In this document: positions 1 to 10,359 of the stretch, piece after piece | How positions within the stretch are numbered: the first letter of the stretch is position 1 | Layout: each line of letters begins with the position of its first letter | Translations under genes and position numbers: made by a program | DNA from: an uncultured Methanomicrobiales archaeon | GTDB lineage: Archaea > Halobacteriota > Methanomicrobia > Methanomicrobiales > Methanospirillaceae | DNA: 64,000 nt | Reading direction: 5' to 3' | NCBI GenBank assembly: GCA_963758915.1 | Contig: CAVWXH010000009.1 | Coordinates: 128,001-192,000, forward strand | Notes under the pieces: model-generated | The model's database searches: none | Told to the model about the DNA's origin: nothing | The model's input: the letters and a program-made list of their open reading frames with translations, nothing else

Positions 1-221
1 TATGGGTAACCGGTGAAGACCTGAAAGTAGGGATTACGGTGACCGACAAATACCTCTCGGTAGGTCTGTTCAAAAATGACAGCAACCAGTATGACAGCTC
101 TACCGACCTTTTCAGCCAGGGACGCGAGGCAATCGTCTGGGGTGAGGACTTGTTCAGGTATTACCGGGACCGTTCCGTCCTTCTCGATATCAGTACGGGA
201 TTCCCGCCAGAAGAACCCTGA
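1..221 (+). CDS. C-terminal part of a winged-helix regulator with DUF1724-like C-terminal domain (truncated by window edge)
   Basis: Open frame from base 3: WVTGEDLKVGITVTDKYLSVGLF...YD...DLFS...AIVWGEDLFRYY, resembling the C-terminus of methanogen COG4742/DUF1724 regulators. Confidence 0.65.
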   Translation, partial: WVTGEDLKVGITVTDKYLSVGLFKNDSNQYDSSTDLFSQGREAIVWGEDLFRYYRDRSVLLDISTGFPPEEP

Positions 222-453
222 TGCAAAACGTAACTGCGAAGGTATCGTAAATGATACCGTACTATCAGCCGGTATTTTGGAAGTTCAGGCGACGTCGGGC
301 ATTTTAATACAGGGTTACAGAAGCAGGCATGAGTAAATCTGGCGGCTCGTTATGGAATTAAAGTAACCATCGCATTCCATTTACTGATTTTATCATTCTG
401 ACAGTATTCCGTATAGCACCCTTTATTTCCTGGAACATTTGTGCCATACGCTT

Positions 454-957
454 TTATGCCCTGAACTGTTCCATCTCAAGCCAGAGCCGGTACATCCGTT
501 TTCGTATCTTCCGCGGTAAGGCGAATGCATCCATCAGGTCCTGCTCTATCGATATCCGACGTTTTCCGCCTGCAAGGTTATCGGCATTGGTGATAATCCT
601 CTCCTCCAGGGTTACTGGCATACAGTCTATTGGAAGAAGACCGAGCAGCGTGCATTCATCGGCAGTCAGTCCTGCACCCGTATGGCATTCAACAATACGT
701 GCCACTGATTCAGGCTGCCCAAGTCCCCTGCATATCGCTGCTCCTGCCTGTGCGTGCCCAATGGAATGTGTCCGTGAACGCCCGATGTCATGCAGAACCG
801 ACCCGGCAAGAACAAGATCCGGGTCTGCCGGGGAGCCCTCATGCACGTATTCCATCGCAATGGCGCTTACCGTCCTGCAATGGGCAATTACTTTCGGACT
901 GCACCCTTCCCGGACAAGCAGTCCTTCAAAAAAAAGGGCGTCGTTATGCATGCCCAA
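454..957 (-). CDS. HD-domain metal-dependent phosphohydrolase (TIGR00295-like)
   Basis: VIAHC..., LHDIGRS, ECHTGAG, NADNL motifs; directly downstream of tfe. Confidence 0.85.
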   Translation of the reverse strand: MGMHNDALFFEGLLVREGCSPKVIAHCRTVSAIAMEYVHEGSPADPDLVLAGSVLHDIGRSRTHSIGHAQAGAAICRGLGQPESVARIVECHTGAGLTADECTLLGLLPIDCMPVTLEERIITNADNLAGGKRRISIEQDLMDAFALPRKIRKRMYRLWLEMEQFRA

Positions 958-1456
958 GCGTCTGTTTCATGGTATTGATACGCTTTTTGAGAGCGCGGAG
1001 GAGCATATCATTATCAAAATGAGCCATCTGCTGGTCACAGTCGGGACAGATAAAATTGACATCAATCGCCTGGTTAAAGGTGCAGATGATCCCACAGGTC
1101 TTGCAGATATAGAAGTCATTCTCTTCCTCAAACCGTGCGCGTGCCTCGAGCTTGTCGAGTACCCGTTCAAGGTCCTCACGGATCGCATCGTAAATGGTAT
1201 CCATCCTGAGCTGCCAGAGGTAAGTGAGCCATCCGGTCTCGTTATTCTTAATCCTCCGGTATTCCGCGAGCCGCTTCTCATAGAGGGTGTAAAGGGTGTG
1301 GCGTACCGAGTTTAAGTTGATGCCTGTCTTTGCAGCAAGGTCTTCGTCACTGTATTCGTTATTATCGGGATATTTTGAAAGCAGGTCAAGCCCTTCCTCA
1401 CCTATTATGCGTAGCAGGTATGCACGGATTGCCAGGTTACTCAGTAATTCTTCCAT
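944..1456 (-). CDS. tfe: Transcription factor E (TFIIE alpha homolog)
   Basis: wHTH (SDEDLAAKTGINLNSVRHTLYTLYE), GWLTYLW motif, Zn ribbon CKTC...CPDC. Confidence 0.95.
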   Translation of the reverse strand: MEELLSNLAIRAYLLRIIGEEGLDLLSKYPDNNEYSDEDLAAKTGINLNSVRHTLYTLYEKRLAEYRRIKNNETGWLTYLWQLRMDTIYDAIREDLERVLDKLEARARFEEENDFYICKTCGIICTFNQAIDVNFICPDCDQQMAHFDNDMLLRALKKRINTMKQTLGHA

Positions 1457-2565
1457 CAGGACGTCCTTCCTATATATTGCTGCACAGTGCTAATATGTTT
1501 ATCCAGCATCAATATTGCGTCTCTGCGCGACGGGCCCCACCCGTAAACACTGACTATTGCACCGCCTTTTTCTACCACTGAGCCCTTCCACGGGACGTCT
1601 GCAACAAAAGAAAGCGAACTGACGTCATGTCCCACCAGGAGGTCGTCCCGGGCAAACAGAATTTTTCGCACCGCAAATTGCCGGGGTTCCGGCATTTTTT
1701 CAGGGATCCTGCCTTCACATGCAGCAACATGGAGTGAAAACAGGTTAATCCCGGTTGCCATTTCCACCGTGTCAACAGTCCCCTGGAACCGGGGGTTCAC
1801 CTCAATCAGGTAAGGTTTCTCACCGACGACAAAATCAACCCCGATTGTCCCAACACATCCCGAAGCCGAGGCTATTTTCTCTGCATGCCTCACCATCTCA
1901 TCCACATGAGGATGGATAAACGGTGTAACCGACCCCGAGAACCCATACGCGGCATCTTCTCCTCCCCTGAGCAGCTGCTCGTTTACCGCAACCGCCCTTG
2001 CGCGGGTACCGTCGGTTACGCAGCAGACTGATGCAGGGGTACCATGTACGACCTCCTGCCAGAGCGCCGGCGGCTCATCGAGGTCTTCTTTCCATTTGAG
2101 CCATTCATCATCGTTATGCAGTACCGCATTACGCCAACCCCCGGAACCGCTTCTTGGTTTTACCATCGCGGGATAGGTCCGTTCCGGAAATGTCGCAGGG
2201 ACAGGTACTCCTGTTTCCAGAAAAAAACGGGATGTCAGGCTCTTATCGAGGAACGTTGCTGCCCTCTCCGGGGCCGGGCCATACCGTGGAATTCCGACCG
2301 GCAGCCTCTCGGCCCCGGAGGTCGGGACAAAAATATCACACTCGTGTCGTGCCGACATCTGCTCAATCGCAGCGGGTAACGAATCGAGGTCGTCAAAAGA
2401 TAGGCAGTCATCTGCATACCGGGACAGGTCGCGGTCACAGAAGTGATCGACCGTGCATACCCGGTACCCTGCAGCATGCGCTGAACAGGCCACGTGACGC
2501 GTGGTAAACCCTGCAATCAGTACACGCCGGTTCAGAGGCTTTCTGTCTGTTTTCCTTCCCCACAT
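1456..2565 (-). CDS. ATP-grasp domain protein (COG2232-like); start codon uncertain
   Basis: [25 protein letters not shown]-grasp motifs; DHFCDRDL N-terminal motif. Confidence 0.85.
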   Translation of the reverse strand: MWGRKTDRKPLNRRVLIAGFTTRHVACSAHAAGYRVCTVDHFCDRDLSRYADDCLSFDDLDSLPAAIEQMSARHECDIFVPTSGAERLPVGIPRYGPAPERAATFLDKSLTSRFFLETGVPVPATFPERTYPAMVKPRSGSGGWRNAVLHNDDEWLKWKEDLDEPPALWQEVVHGTPASVCCVTDGTRARAVAVNEQLLRGGEDAAYGFSGSVTPFIHPHVDEMVRHAEKIASASGCVGTIGVDFVVGEKPYLIEVNPRFQGTVDTVEMATGINLFSLHVAACEGRIPEKMPEPRQFAVRKILFARDDLLVGHDVSSLSFVADVPWKGSVVEKGGAIVSVYGWGPSRRDAILMLDKHISTVQQYIGRTS

Positions 2566-3053
2566 GGGACAACCCTGATCCTGGCACCCGGAAACTCGGC
2601 TGAAAGTTCCGACCCTTCGAATAGCCGGTCTAAAAACACCGCAAGGCTTGCGATCTCGGAGTGGGGCTGGCTGGTGACCGAGATATTCCAGTCAGCAAGC
2701 CCGTACACCTCTCCCGGGACCTTCTCTGCCCCGACGACCACGAGCAGTTTGCCTGCACCCCGGATCTCCATCTCATGCTCTCGTAGCGGGAGGCCGTACA
2801 TCGTCAGGTGGACCACTTTCCCACCACTTTTCTGCCATTCTTCGATACAACGGCGCCATTTAACCTTATCTTCAATAAAGAAATTTCCCCCCCACTGCTC
2901 CACGACCCTGGTGATGCTCCGGACAATGCCGCTGTCCTGCCCGGCAAGGTACATACCCTTCGCGCCAAGCGCACGCGAAAGTAACCCCACGTGAGTCGTC
3001 ACCCTCTGGTCACGTTCCGGACGGTGACCAAGCCGCAGGACGACGACCTCCAT
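2532..3053 (-). CDS. trm56: tRNA (cytidine(56)-2'-O)-methyltransferase aTrm56
   Basis: [39 protein letters not shown] signature of archaeal SPOUT Trm56. Confidence 0.95.
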   Translation of the reverse strand: MEVVVLRLGHRPERDQRVTTHVGLLSRALGAKGMYLAGQDSGIVRSITRVVEQWGGNFFIEDKVKWRRCIEEWQKSGGKVVHLTMYGLPLREHEMEIRGAGKLLVVVGAEKVPGEVYGLADWNISVTSQPHSEIASLAVFLDRLFEGSELSAEFPGARIRVVPCGEGKQTESL

Positions 3054-3054
3054 A

Positions 3055-3348
3055 TTATAGCTCCGTTTTTTTCACTTTTATCACGCCGTCCTCGATGACG
3101 ACGGGGATGTCCTGCCCGTACCGGCACTGGCAACGGAAAAGCATCTCCGGTATTGATATCACATCGTAGTTGCCGTCCCGGCATTCGATAAGAAGATTCG
3201 ACTTCAGTCTGATGAGCGATGCACTGATATCCCCGGCTGACAACCCTGTTTCCCGGACGATTGACCCTTCTGTTTTCGCACCCCCGTTTGAAAGGATATG
3301 GTAAACTATCCAGTCAATGTCCTCATCTTTCACTGGCATGTATTGCAC
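3055..3348 (-). CDS. Small winged-helix (MarR-like) protein
   Basis: [12 protein letters not shown]...[26 protein letters not shown]-like pattern; first gene of the trm56-tfe run. Confidence 0.65.
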   Translation of the reverse strand: MQYMPVKDEDIDWIVYHILSNGGAKTEGSIVRETGLSAGDISASLIRLKSNLLIECRDGNYDVISIPEMLFRCQCRYGQDIPVVIEDGVIKVKKTEL

Positions 3349-3417
3349 CCGTTACAGGTTATAGCTTTTCTGGTTATACCATGACTTTTTTCTTGTCAGG
3401 CTGTGATATCAATGTGA

Positions 3418-3828
3418 ATGACTGCCGGTTCCCAGGGGAATTCCTACCGCGATCTTGCAATAATTGCGGAAAGACTTTTTATGCAGAGTAATGATGACGA
3501 GGAGCAGCTCGCGTCAGCACTCGACTCTGTTGATGATGAAATCAGGCGGGACCTCCTTGCTTCTGACCTCCTGAATGCCTACCAGGTGTTTTACTACCAT
3601 TTCCGGGAATTTCCCGGTGAACTGGTGAAGGAACGACTGTTGTTATTGCCTGCCTCGGCACTCTCCCACGGTGTAGTCCTGCTGGAGATCGATTATGTTG
3701 AGGTCGTTTTTCAGGTGGAGCAGGGGGATCCGGTAATCGCCCTTCATGATGAGGGCCAGGTGATAGCAAATTACCATGGTAAGGATGCCTATCAGAGCGC
3801 GATGCAGTTTATCGATGACAGTTATTGA
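3418..3828 (+). CDS. Acidic hypothetical protein
   Basis: 136-aa ORF filling the gap, protein-like composition; family not recognised. Confidence 0.65.
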   Translation: MTAGSQGNSYRDLAIIAERLFMQSNDDEEQLASALDSVDDEIRRDLLASDLLNAYQVFYYHFREFPGELVKERLLLLPASALSHGVVLLEIDYVEVVFQVEQGDPVIALHDEGQVIANYHGKDAYQSAMQFIDDSY

Positions 3829-4036
3829 TACCGTATGTGCATTTCTATGGCTCTGACAAGGGGTAGCAGGTCGCTTGTCCGGACCGGGAATAAAAAAGTT
3901 GAAATGCCGGAGCAGATTACCTGATAACAGGGAAGGCCCTGTATCACCGCTATATCACAGCTGGCAACTAAAACAGGGACCGGGTATCCGTATAATTGTT
4001 CAAATCTATCATGAACTGGAACATAAAAGAGGGCTG

Positions 4037-4756
4037 ATGGTGCGTGAAATGCTGTTAAAAGGAGTATTCGGGGTCTTGCTCCTTATCGGTATCATGGTTG
4101 CCGGATGTGCAACTATTAACCAGGACGGTTCAGTGCCTGTCCACACACTGAACCTGAGCCCGGATACAAATCCTGTACCAAAGCCGACTCTCTATATCGT
4201 AAATAAGATCCCATTCAGCTCGCTCCCGGACGTAACAATTGAACCAATTCCAGGAATGATTGTAAACATCAGCAGCTCAAACAAATCGCTGCAGATCGAG
4301 CCGCGTAATGATACCCCGATAACACTCCCGCCGGTATCAGAAAAGCCCCTGTTCACCACGTTCCATGCAGGAGAGAGTGCAAACGACGGAAATACCCGCA
4401 TCACGCTGAATTCCGTGATGTATAACAAGTCCTTTGGTCTCGAACCATACAACCAGCATGGGGAATTCAGCAGTTACCGGCCTGGTTACCAGCTGGTGTT
4501 GCTTAATGTCACCATCCGTGACCTCACCGAGGGAGAACCGGGTAGTGAATCCCTTTTCAATGGTATAATAATAAAAGATCCCAAGGGTCAGCGTTATATC
4601 CCCGGACTCTCGATTATCACCAACGATACTGAGGGGAATAACGACAGGACCGGGTACCTGTTCTACGAGGTGCCGGATAACACAGCCGGGATAACCCTTG
4701 ATTACCATTTTCCGGGTGCAATCGGGGTAGTAGCAAAATTCGAACTCAGTAAGTAA
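4037..4756 (+). CDS. Putative lipoprotein with C-terminal Ig-like (DUF4352-like) domain
   Basis: Hydrophobic signal ending VAGC (lipobox-like), P/T-rich linker, beta-rich C-domain (LLNVTIRD..IKDPKGQRY..TGYLFYEVP); start moved to ATG 4037. Confidence 0.65.
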   Translation: MVREMLLKGVFGVLLLIGIMVAGCATINQDGSVPVHTLNLSPDTNPVPKPTLYIVNKIPFSSLPDVTIEPIPGMIVNISSSNKSLQIEPRNDTPITLPPVSEKPLFTTFHAGESANDGNTRITLNSVMYNKSFGLEPYNQHGEFSSYRPGYQLVLLNVTIRDLTEGEPGSESLFNGIIIKDPKGQRYIPGLSIITNDTEGNNDRTGYLFYEVPDNTAGITLDYHFPGAIGVVAKFELSK

Positions 4757-4833
4757 GAATTTTTTTGGTGAGAGATGAGATATTCATAGCCCCCATCAAT
4801 CAGGTACACCCTGTTTGAGCCGAACTGCTGGCT

Positions 4834-5550
4834 TCATTGGATATTCCGGCCAGCCGTAATCAGGTCTTTTTTAACATTTGCCCTGACAAGAGGGGGTAAC
4901 ACACCATAACTATTCGTCCAATCACCGAAGACCGAAAAAACCCCGCTGACCTCCTCAGGGTTGATACGCAGTAAGACTGATGTATCACCCGGGCGTATCT
5001 CGTTGCAGACAGCGGTTGCCCAGGCATCTGCAAGCGCAACGTCGTGTGAGAAGACGGTTACTGCATCAGCTATCCCAAAAGATATTGAAGGGCCGACGGT
5101 CGCTGACGAGGTGCAAATCCCGATAATTTCGCTCGTCGGAGGCACCGCGAAAGCCACCCGGTCACTCAGCGGGGAGTTACCGGCATGAACCCCGATGAGG
5201 ATCTCCTGGTCAGAAAAGAGTGCGATATCACCCCCATTATCAACCACGCCCATCCCTGCGCCGGCTTCCTTCATCGCTTCGATCCCGGACCAGGCAATTG
5301 CCCCTGCAACCGCAGCCATCGGGCCGACACCGGCCTTCTCAGCCGCCGACACCATGCGTAACACAACAGGTTCGTCAGATCCGGGGGTATAGGGCTCAAA
5401 TGTTGCCCCGAAAAAAGGATCCCCTGCAATACAGCGCTCCACGGCCTGCCGGGCCCTGACAATTCCTTCCACTGCTGCATCGATGTGGGACTGCTCATCG
5501 GCAAGGATAGTCGTAATCGTCTCACGCAGTTCGAAGTGGTGGCGGATCAT
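4834..5550 (-). CDS. UPF0280 / COG2122 ApbE-like protein (MA1715-like, sulfide assimilation)
   Basis: GVGPMAAVAG, VDNGGDI, GICTSSATVGPSISFGIADAVTV motifs; start placed at MIRHHFELRET. Confidence 0.9.
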   Translation of the reverse strand: MIRHHFELRETITTILADEQSHIDAAVEGIVRARQAVERCIAGDPFFGATFEPYTPGSDEPVVLRMVSAAEKAGVGPMAAVAGAIAWSGIEAMKEAGAGMGVVDNGGDIALFSDQEILIGVHAGNSPLSDRVAFAVPPTSEIIGICTSSATVGPSISFGIADAVTVFSHDVALADAWATAVCNEIRPGDTSVLLRINPEEVSGVFSVFGDWTNSYGVLPPLVRANVKKDLITAGRNIQ

Positions 5551-5734
5551 GTTCTTTTCAGCAGGTACCAGTTTGCAATCAGTATTATTGTAGGTTTGGG
5601 AGATACAATGCCTTATCCCTGGTAAATGGTAGAAACGAATGCCCCATGGTACCCCGGTAAAACACCGATCTCCATACCCTGTCACTCAGGCTCTAAATGT
5701 ATATAGATAAAAGATGAAGGACTTCTGAACAGCA

Positions 5735-7106
5735 ATGGTGATGGGATGGAGGTACCGCCCGTTGAAGAAATGGGGGCACCTGTGCAGGGAGCAGGACCAG
5801 TATATGCTCATGCTCCGGGTCGACGACTGGAAACTTGGCCGGAAAACAGCGGTTTTCCGTTCACTGGTGCCGGATTTCTACGCATTCCCTCCTTTTCCTC
5901 ACATCACGTTATATGGACCGTTCCTGACAACTGCCGGGGAGGCCCCGGAAGCGGTGTATAACGCCATAGAATCAGCATGCAGAAGGAATTCCCGGCCTTT
6001 CCTTCAACCTCTCAGGATATCTCCGCCTTAAAGGCCGCATAGGACAGGCGGTTACCCACCGTGTCGTTCCCTCTGACGATTTTATCAGATTTCATAACCG
6101 GCTCTGGCATTCACTCGCTGCTATCACCCGCAGCCTGAGCTGGATCGACCGGGCCACCTCAATACGGCAGTTCCACATCACCCACGCTTACAACCTCAGG
6201 ACCCGCGATGCGGACCTGATCTGTAAGACCGTGAAAACATCCCAGTCTATTGCAGGTGATACTGGTATCACACGGGTTCAGGACAAAAATAATGAGGAAA
6301 ATCTTCTGTTAAATGCGAAAAAACCTCTAATAATTCCCGACTACGCCCCGCTTACCTCACTTCGGATCATTCTCCTGAAAAATGGAGTTGTTGATAGGGA
6401 ATTCGATCTTCCTGCCCATGAATGGCTCAACAGGCAACTGGTGTTTAACCGGAACAGGACTGCCGTATCCCTGATGCAGTACCGCAAGCTCGCCGGGCTT
6501 GAACTTGCGACGCACCCGGAACCGTTGGAAAAACCTCCATTCATATTGTCAGACCTGCATCTCGGCCATTACAATATAATCAGGTATTGCAGGAGACCGT
6601 TTTCAAATGCTGGTGAAATGGACCGTGTGCTCATCGGCAACTGGAACCAGACCATTGGTGAAGCAGACGAGGTCATATACCTTGGGGACTTACGTTACAG
6701 CCCCGAGGCCCCTCCGTCATCAGAATACCTTACCCGTATGAACGGCAGGGTAACGATGATACGTGGAAATCACGATGCCGATATCCCGGATGCAATCCCA
6801 TATCTTCGGATCAACTATAACGGGGATGAATTCCTCTTCATCCATGACCCGGACGATGCACCACCGGGTTTTACCGGATGGGTAGTACATGGTCATTACC
6901 ATAATAACGACGTTGAACACTTCCCTTTCATCAACGTTGAGACCCGGCATGTTAATGTAAGTTGTGAACTGACCGGTTACCGGCCCGTCAGCCTTGAAAC
7001 AATTCATACCCTTATACGGGAATATTCAGACCTGGGGAACCTGGCAATAATGCCGGGTGCCGGAGGTGCAGTAACAAAGAGGCCTGTACAGCCGGAAATC
7101 CGGTGA
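5735..7106 (+). pseudogene. 2H-phosphoesterase + calcineurin-like metallophosphoesterase fusion, split by a one-base insertion near 5978 (real or sequencing error)
   Basis: PHITLYGP in ORF 5735; second FHITHA in the frame upstream of ORF 6231; then DLHLGH, LGDL, RGNHD, IHDP, HGHYH. Removing one base gives a continuous 456-aa ORF. Confidence 0.75.
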
Positions 7107-7258
7107 TAATTCACATTGAGGGGTATTCTTCGGCTTGTGCTGACAAAAAAAACTAACATCAAAGCTTTGTTTAATTTTACCCGGTCATAGGTCTGTCAAG
7201 ATAATTAAGAATAAGGAGACATGCCCGGGTTCTTATAATAAAAAGGAGACTGAATTTT

Positions 7259-7651
7259 TCAGAACTCATCTTTATGGTACAGGGCATGGTGCGGACATGC
7301 ATCCATACAGCGACCACAGAGGACGCAACGCCCTTCCCTGACACGAACTACCCATTTATCATCGAGGTAGAATACTTCATGAGGGCAGACACTGATACAG
7401 GCACCACAATCCACGCATTCTGTCTCATCAAGGATGATCCCGTGTTCCAGGACTCTGACTGTCGCCCCCAGGCTTGCCATCTTCTCCTTGACGATCTTGC
7501 ATGATTCGTCCGGTATGTCAATCAGTGCCTCGCCTTCTGAAGAATCAATAATTGCCCGCTCTACGTTGATCAGCACACCGGTTTCCTTTACCACCTGTGC
7601 AATGATCGGTTTCTGGCCCGCTTTTCTTGAAAAGTTGACAAGGAGTTTCAT
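7259..7651 (-). CDS. NIL-domain 2x[4Fe-4S] ferredoxin (MA1822-like, homocysteine biosynthesis partner)
   Basis: N-terminal NIL-like domain; CVDCGACISVCP and CVLCGRCMDACP; ATGA overlap with the DUF39-CBS gene. Confidence 0.88.
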   Translation of the reverse strand: MKLLVNFSRKAGQKPIIAQVVKETGVLINVERAIIDSSEGEALIDIPDESCKIVKEKMASLGATVRVLEHGIILDETECVDCGACISVCPHEVFYLDDKWVVRVREGRCVLCGRCMDACPHHALYHKDEF

Positions 7652-9156
7652 TTCAGCCACCTCCCGCCAATCAGCTTACCTAAATCAATCGCGGTGAGCA
7701 TTGCAACCACGTGCATATCCTTGTCAACAACCGGCATCGCACTGATATTATGTCGTTCGAGTTTCTGGACTGCAATGTCTACCGGTTCATCCTGCGTGGT
7801 CGTGACTACTTTCTTTTTCATGATATCACGCACAAGGGTAGCTTTTCCCGGGTTTGCCACCGCTTTCGAAATATCGTAGGTTGTCACAATTCCGACAAGC
7901 ATTCCATTATTATTTATCACCGGAAGGTGGTTTGTCTCACCTTTCAGAAGTTTCTGCGCCGCTGCCCTGATCTCTTCTGTCTCCCCGACGGAGACCACCC
8001 GCTTGTCCATGATATCCAGCACCCGTGGCCCGTGTACCGATTCATGCATCGGTTTCGCCCTTTTTTCAGGGTTGATTGGACGTGTCGGAAGGACAAGGGT
8101 CATCTTCCCCTGCTCCACCCAGGACCTGAGCATATCGGCGACATCTTTCGCCTTCCTGAAACTGGAAAGCGATGAAGACCGGATTTCTTCACCATTAATC
8201 TCGACCAGGCCACTCCGGAGTTCTGCATAATTTACCTTCCTGATGGCAGGCCGGTTCCTGCTCGGAACACCATAATCAAGAAGGTCGACCGAGATATCCT
8301 CGTCCCTGACAGCGGTACTCCGTACAACCTCAAGGTCAACCACCGGGATTGGGATACCAACCCCCATATACAGGGTCACGCCGTACCCCTGCATCGTTGC
8401 AGCACGGACATAGTCCTGTGACATCTCCTTCATATCACCGGTAACCATCAGTGTACCATATCCACCGGCAGGGGAATGCTGGGTCCCTTCACCGACGACC
8501 ATCCCCTGCGCACCACCAAGGAAGATCGGCACCCCGCTCCCGATCATCCGAAGTTTAGGGTCATTGGAAAGGGGATTTAACACTCCTGCACCTGAAAATG
8601 TAATATTTCCTGAATTCGGGAGGAGCATTCCCATGTAGGTATGGAGGACCCGGTCAGTCGTATTGATCGCCGCGTTATAACGCTGGTAGGCATTCCTTGG
8701 GTTACACATGATCGCCTGGTTCAGGTGCTCGAGGAGCAGGTCAGTTGTGATAGTCCTCCGCGGATAACAGTCAGTCCCCCGTGAAATCGCCCTGAGCTCG
8801 ACCGATTTACCGGCGATAAAGTCCTCGATAACATGGGCCCCGCCATATTGGTCCTCGCGTGTTGTTGACTGCTGGGTAGCCCCGATATAGGTATCTACCG
8901 CTGCAAGTCCCCCGTATGCCTCGACATCATTTAACCATATCCGCTCCATGCGTATCGGTGGTTCTGCATGCCCGAAATTAAAAAAAGCGCCTGATGAACA
9001 CATCGCACCGAAGGTTCCCGTGGTAACGACATCCACTTCGCGGAGCGCCTCTTCCTCCCCTAATTCAGCGACAATTCCGGGCATTTCATCGGCAGTGACC
9101 ACCCGTGCATTGCCATCCCGTACCCGTTCATTGATCAGGTCGATGGACTTCTTCAT
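7648..9156 (-). CDS. L-aspartate semialdehyde sulfurtransferase (DUF39 + tandem CBS; MA1821/MJ0100-like)
   Basis: VDVVTTGTFGAMCSSGA, GLAAVD, GEGTQH motifs; C-terminal CBS pair. Confidence 0.92.
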   Translation of the reverse strand: MKKSIDLINERVRDGNARVVTADEMPGIVAELGEEEALREVDVVTTGTFGAMCSSGAFFNFGHAEPPIRMERIWLNDVEAYGGLAAVDTYIGATQQSTTREDQYGGAHVIEDFIAGKSVELRAISRGTDCYPRRTITTDLLLEHLNQAIMCNPRNAYQRYNAAINTTDRVLHTYMGMLLPNSGNITFSGAGVLNPLSNDPKLRMIGSGVPIFLGGAQGMVVGEGTQHSPAGGYGTLMVTGDMKEMSQDYVRAATMQGYGVTLYMGVGIPIPVVDLEVVRSTAVRDEDISVDLLDYGVPSRNRPAIRKVNYAELRSGLVEINGEEIRSSSLSSFRKAKDVADMLRSWVEQGKMTLVLPTRPINPEKRAKPMHESVHGPRVLDIMDKRVVSVGETEEIRAAAQKLLKGETNHLPVINNNGMLVGIVTTYDISKAVANPGKATLVRDIMKKKVVTTTQDEPVDIAVQKLERHNISAMPVVDKDMHVVAMLTAIDLGKLIGGRWLK

Positions 9157-9194
9157 ACGAGTATATATCATTTCAAGAATATTTATAGGTTAAG

Positions 9195-9215
9195 TATATT
9201 ACTCACAGTAATATA
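9195..9215. promoter_or_regulatory. Perfect inverted repeat in a divergent promoter region (candidate operator)
   Basis: TATATTACT-CAC-AGTAATATA between the DUF39-CBS start and the Nif3 start. Confidence 0.45.
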
Positions 9216-9247
9216 GAGTATTTAAACTCCCCAACCTAAACCGGAGT

Positions 9248-9955
9248 ATGGACATTCGCGAGTTTATTTCCGGGATGGAAAGGGTGGCACCTCCCGGCCT
9301 TGCAGAAGAATTCGATACAGGCCGTATTGGCCTTATTATTGAAGGGATAAAAGATATTACCAGGGTTTCATGTGCACTTGATGCCAGTCCGGGGGTAGTC
9401 GGAGAGGCGGTACGGCAGAAGGCGGATATGCTTGTGGTGCATCATACCCCAATCTTTCACCCTGTGACTGCAGTCAGGGGGCCACTGGTACCATTGCTAC
9501 GTTCCGTGCTCAATTCAGGGATGAATATTTTCGTAATGCATACGAATTTTGACCATGCACCACAGGGTGTCAACGATACACTTGCCGGACTCCTCGGGCT
9601 CACGAATACCACCCAGATGACCCTTGGCCTTGTCGGGGACTGTCAGCTGGTACCTGAACAAATTGGCAAAATGCTCCATTCACCACTCAGGATATGGGGG
9701 GACCTGCATTCCATCAGCCGCCTGGCCGTTGTTGGCGGGAGCGGGTTCGATATAGCACTGATACAGGAGGCCAGGGCCCTCGGCGCGGATGCATTCCTTT
9801 CGGCAGAAGCAAAACACTCGGTCATCAGGGAATCGCCGCTCCCCCTGGTTGAGGCCACCCACTATGCCCTTGAAGCACCTGCCATGCAGGAGCTTTCGTC
9901 GCGAATGGGATGGCACTATATTGATGACCCGCCTAAGATGATCGCGAGCCCATGA
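9248..9955 (+). CDS. Nif3-like dinuclear metal-centre protein
   Basis: ALDAS, VVHHTPIF, MHTNFD, GGSG, THYALE motifs. Confidence 0.92.
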   Translation: MDIREFISGMERVAPPGLAEEFDTGRIGLIIEGIKDITRVSCALDASPGVVGEAVRQKADMLVVHHTPIFHPVTAVRGPLVPLLRSVLNSGMNIFVMHTNFDHAPQGVNDTLAGLLGLTNTTQMTLGLVGDCQLVPEQIGKMLHSPLRIWGDLHSISRLAVVGGSGFDIALIQEARALGADAFLSAEAKHSVIRESPLPLVEATHYALEAPAMQELSSRMGWHYIDDPPKMIASP

Positions 9956-10290
9956 GCGGTACCCCTGAAATGGATGAGCAGGCACTCTGGGATGCACTGG
10001 AACGTGACCATGCGCTTTCTATCGACCTGCAGGAGGAGTTACTCCGGATTTACGGGGAACGGGGAAGGAAGGCGATCCGTGCCGTTGATGAATCCCGTGT
10101 AAAAAAATACCTCGATTTCTTTGTCGTCGTGGGGACAAGCGATGAATACGTGGTCGAAGATGAGTTCTGCACCTGCCGTGCCCAGGTGTTTCGCAGCGGC
10201 TCCTGCTGGCATGTGCTGGCAGCAAGGATTGCAGATCTTACCGGCCAGTACGAGGTGGTCGATGAATGGTACATGGAGACCCTGAAATGA
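9952..10290 (+). CDS. SWIM zinc-finger protein
   Basis: CTC...CWHVLA (CxC-xn-CxH). Confidence 0.85.
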   Translation: MSGTPEMDEQALWDALERDHALSIDLQEELLRIYGERGRKAIRAVDESRVKKYLDFFVVVGTSDEYVVEDEFCTCRAQVFRSGSCWHVLAARIADLTGQYEVVDEWYMETLK

Positions 10291-10359
10291 TCGTTATCAG
10301 GCGTCCCAAACACTATTTATCGGAAAAACTCCAATATTTAAAGAGAAACGTGGTCTTTC

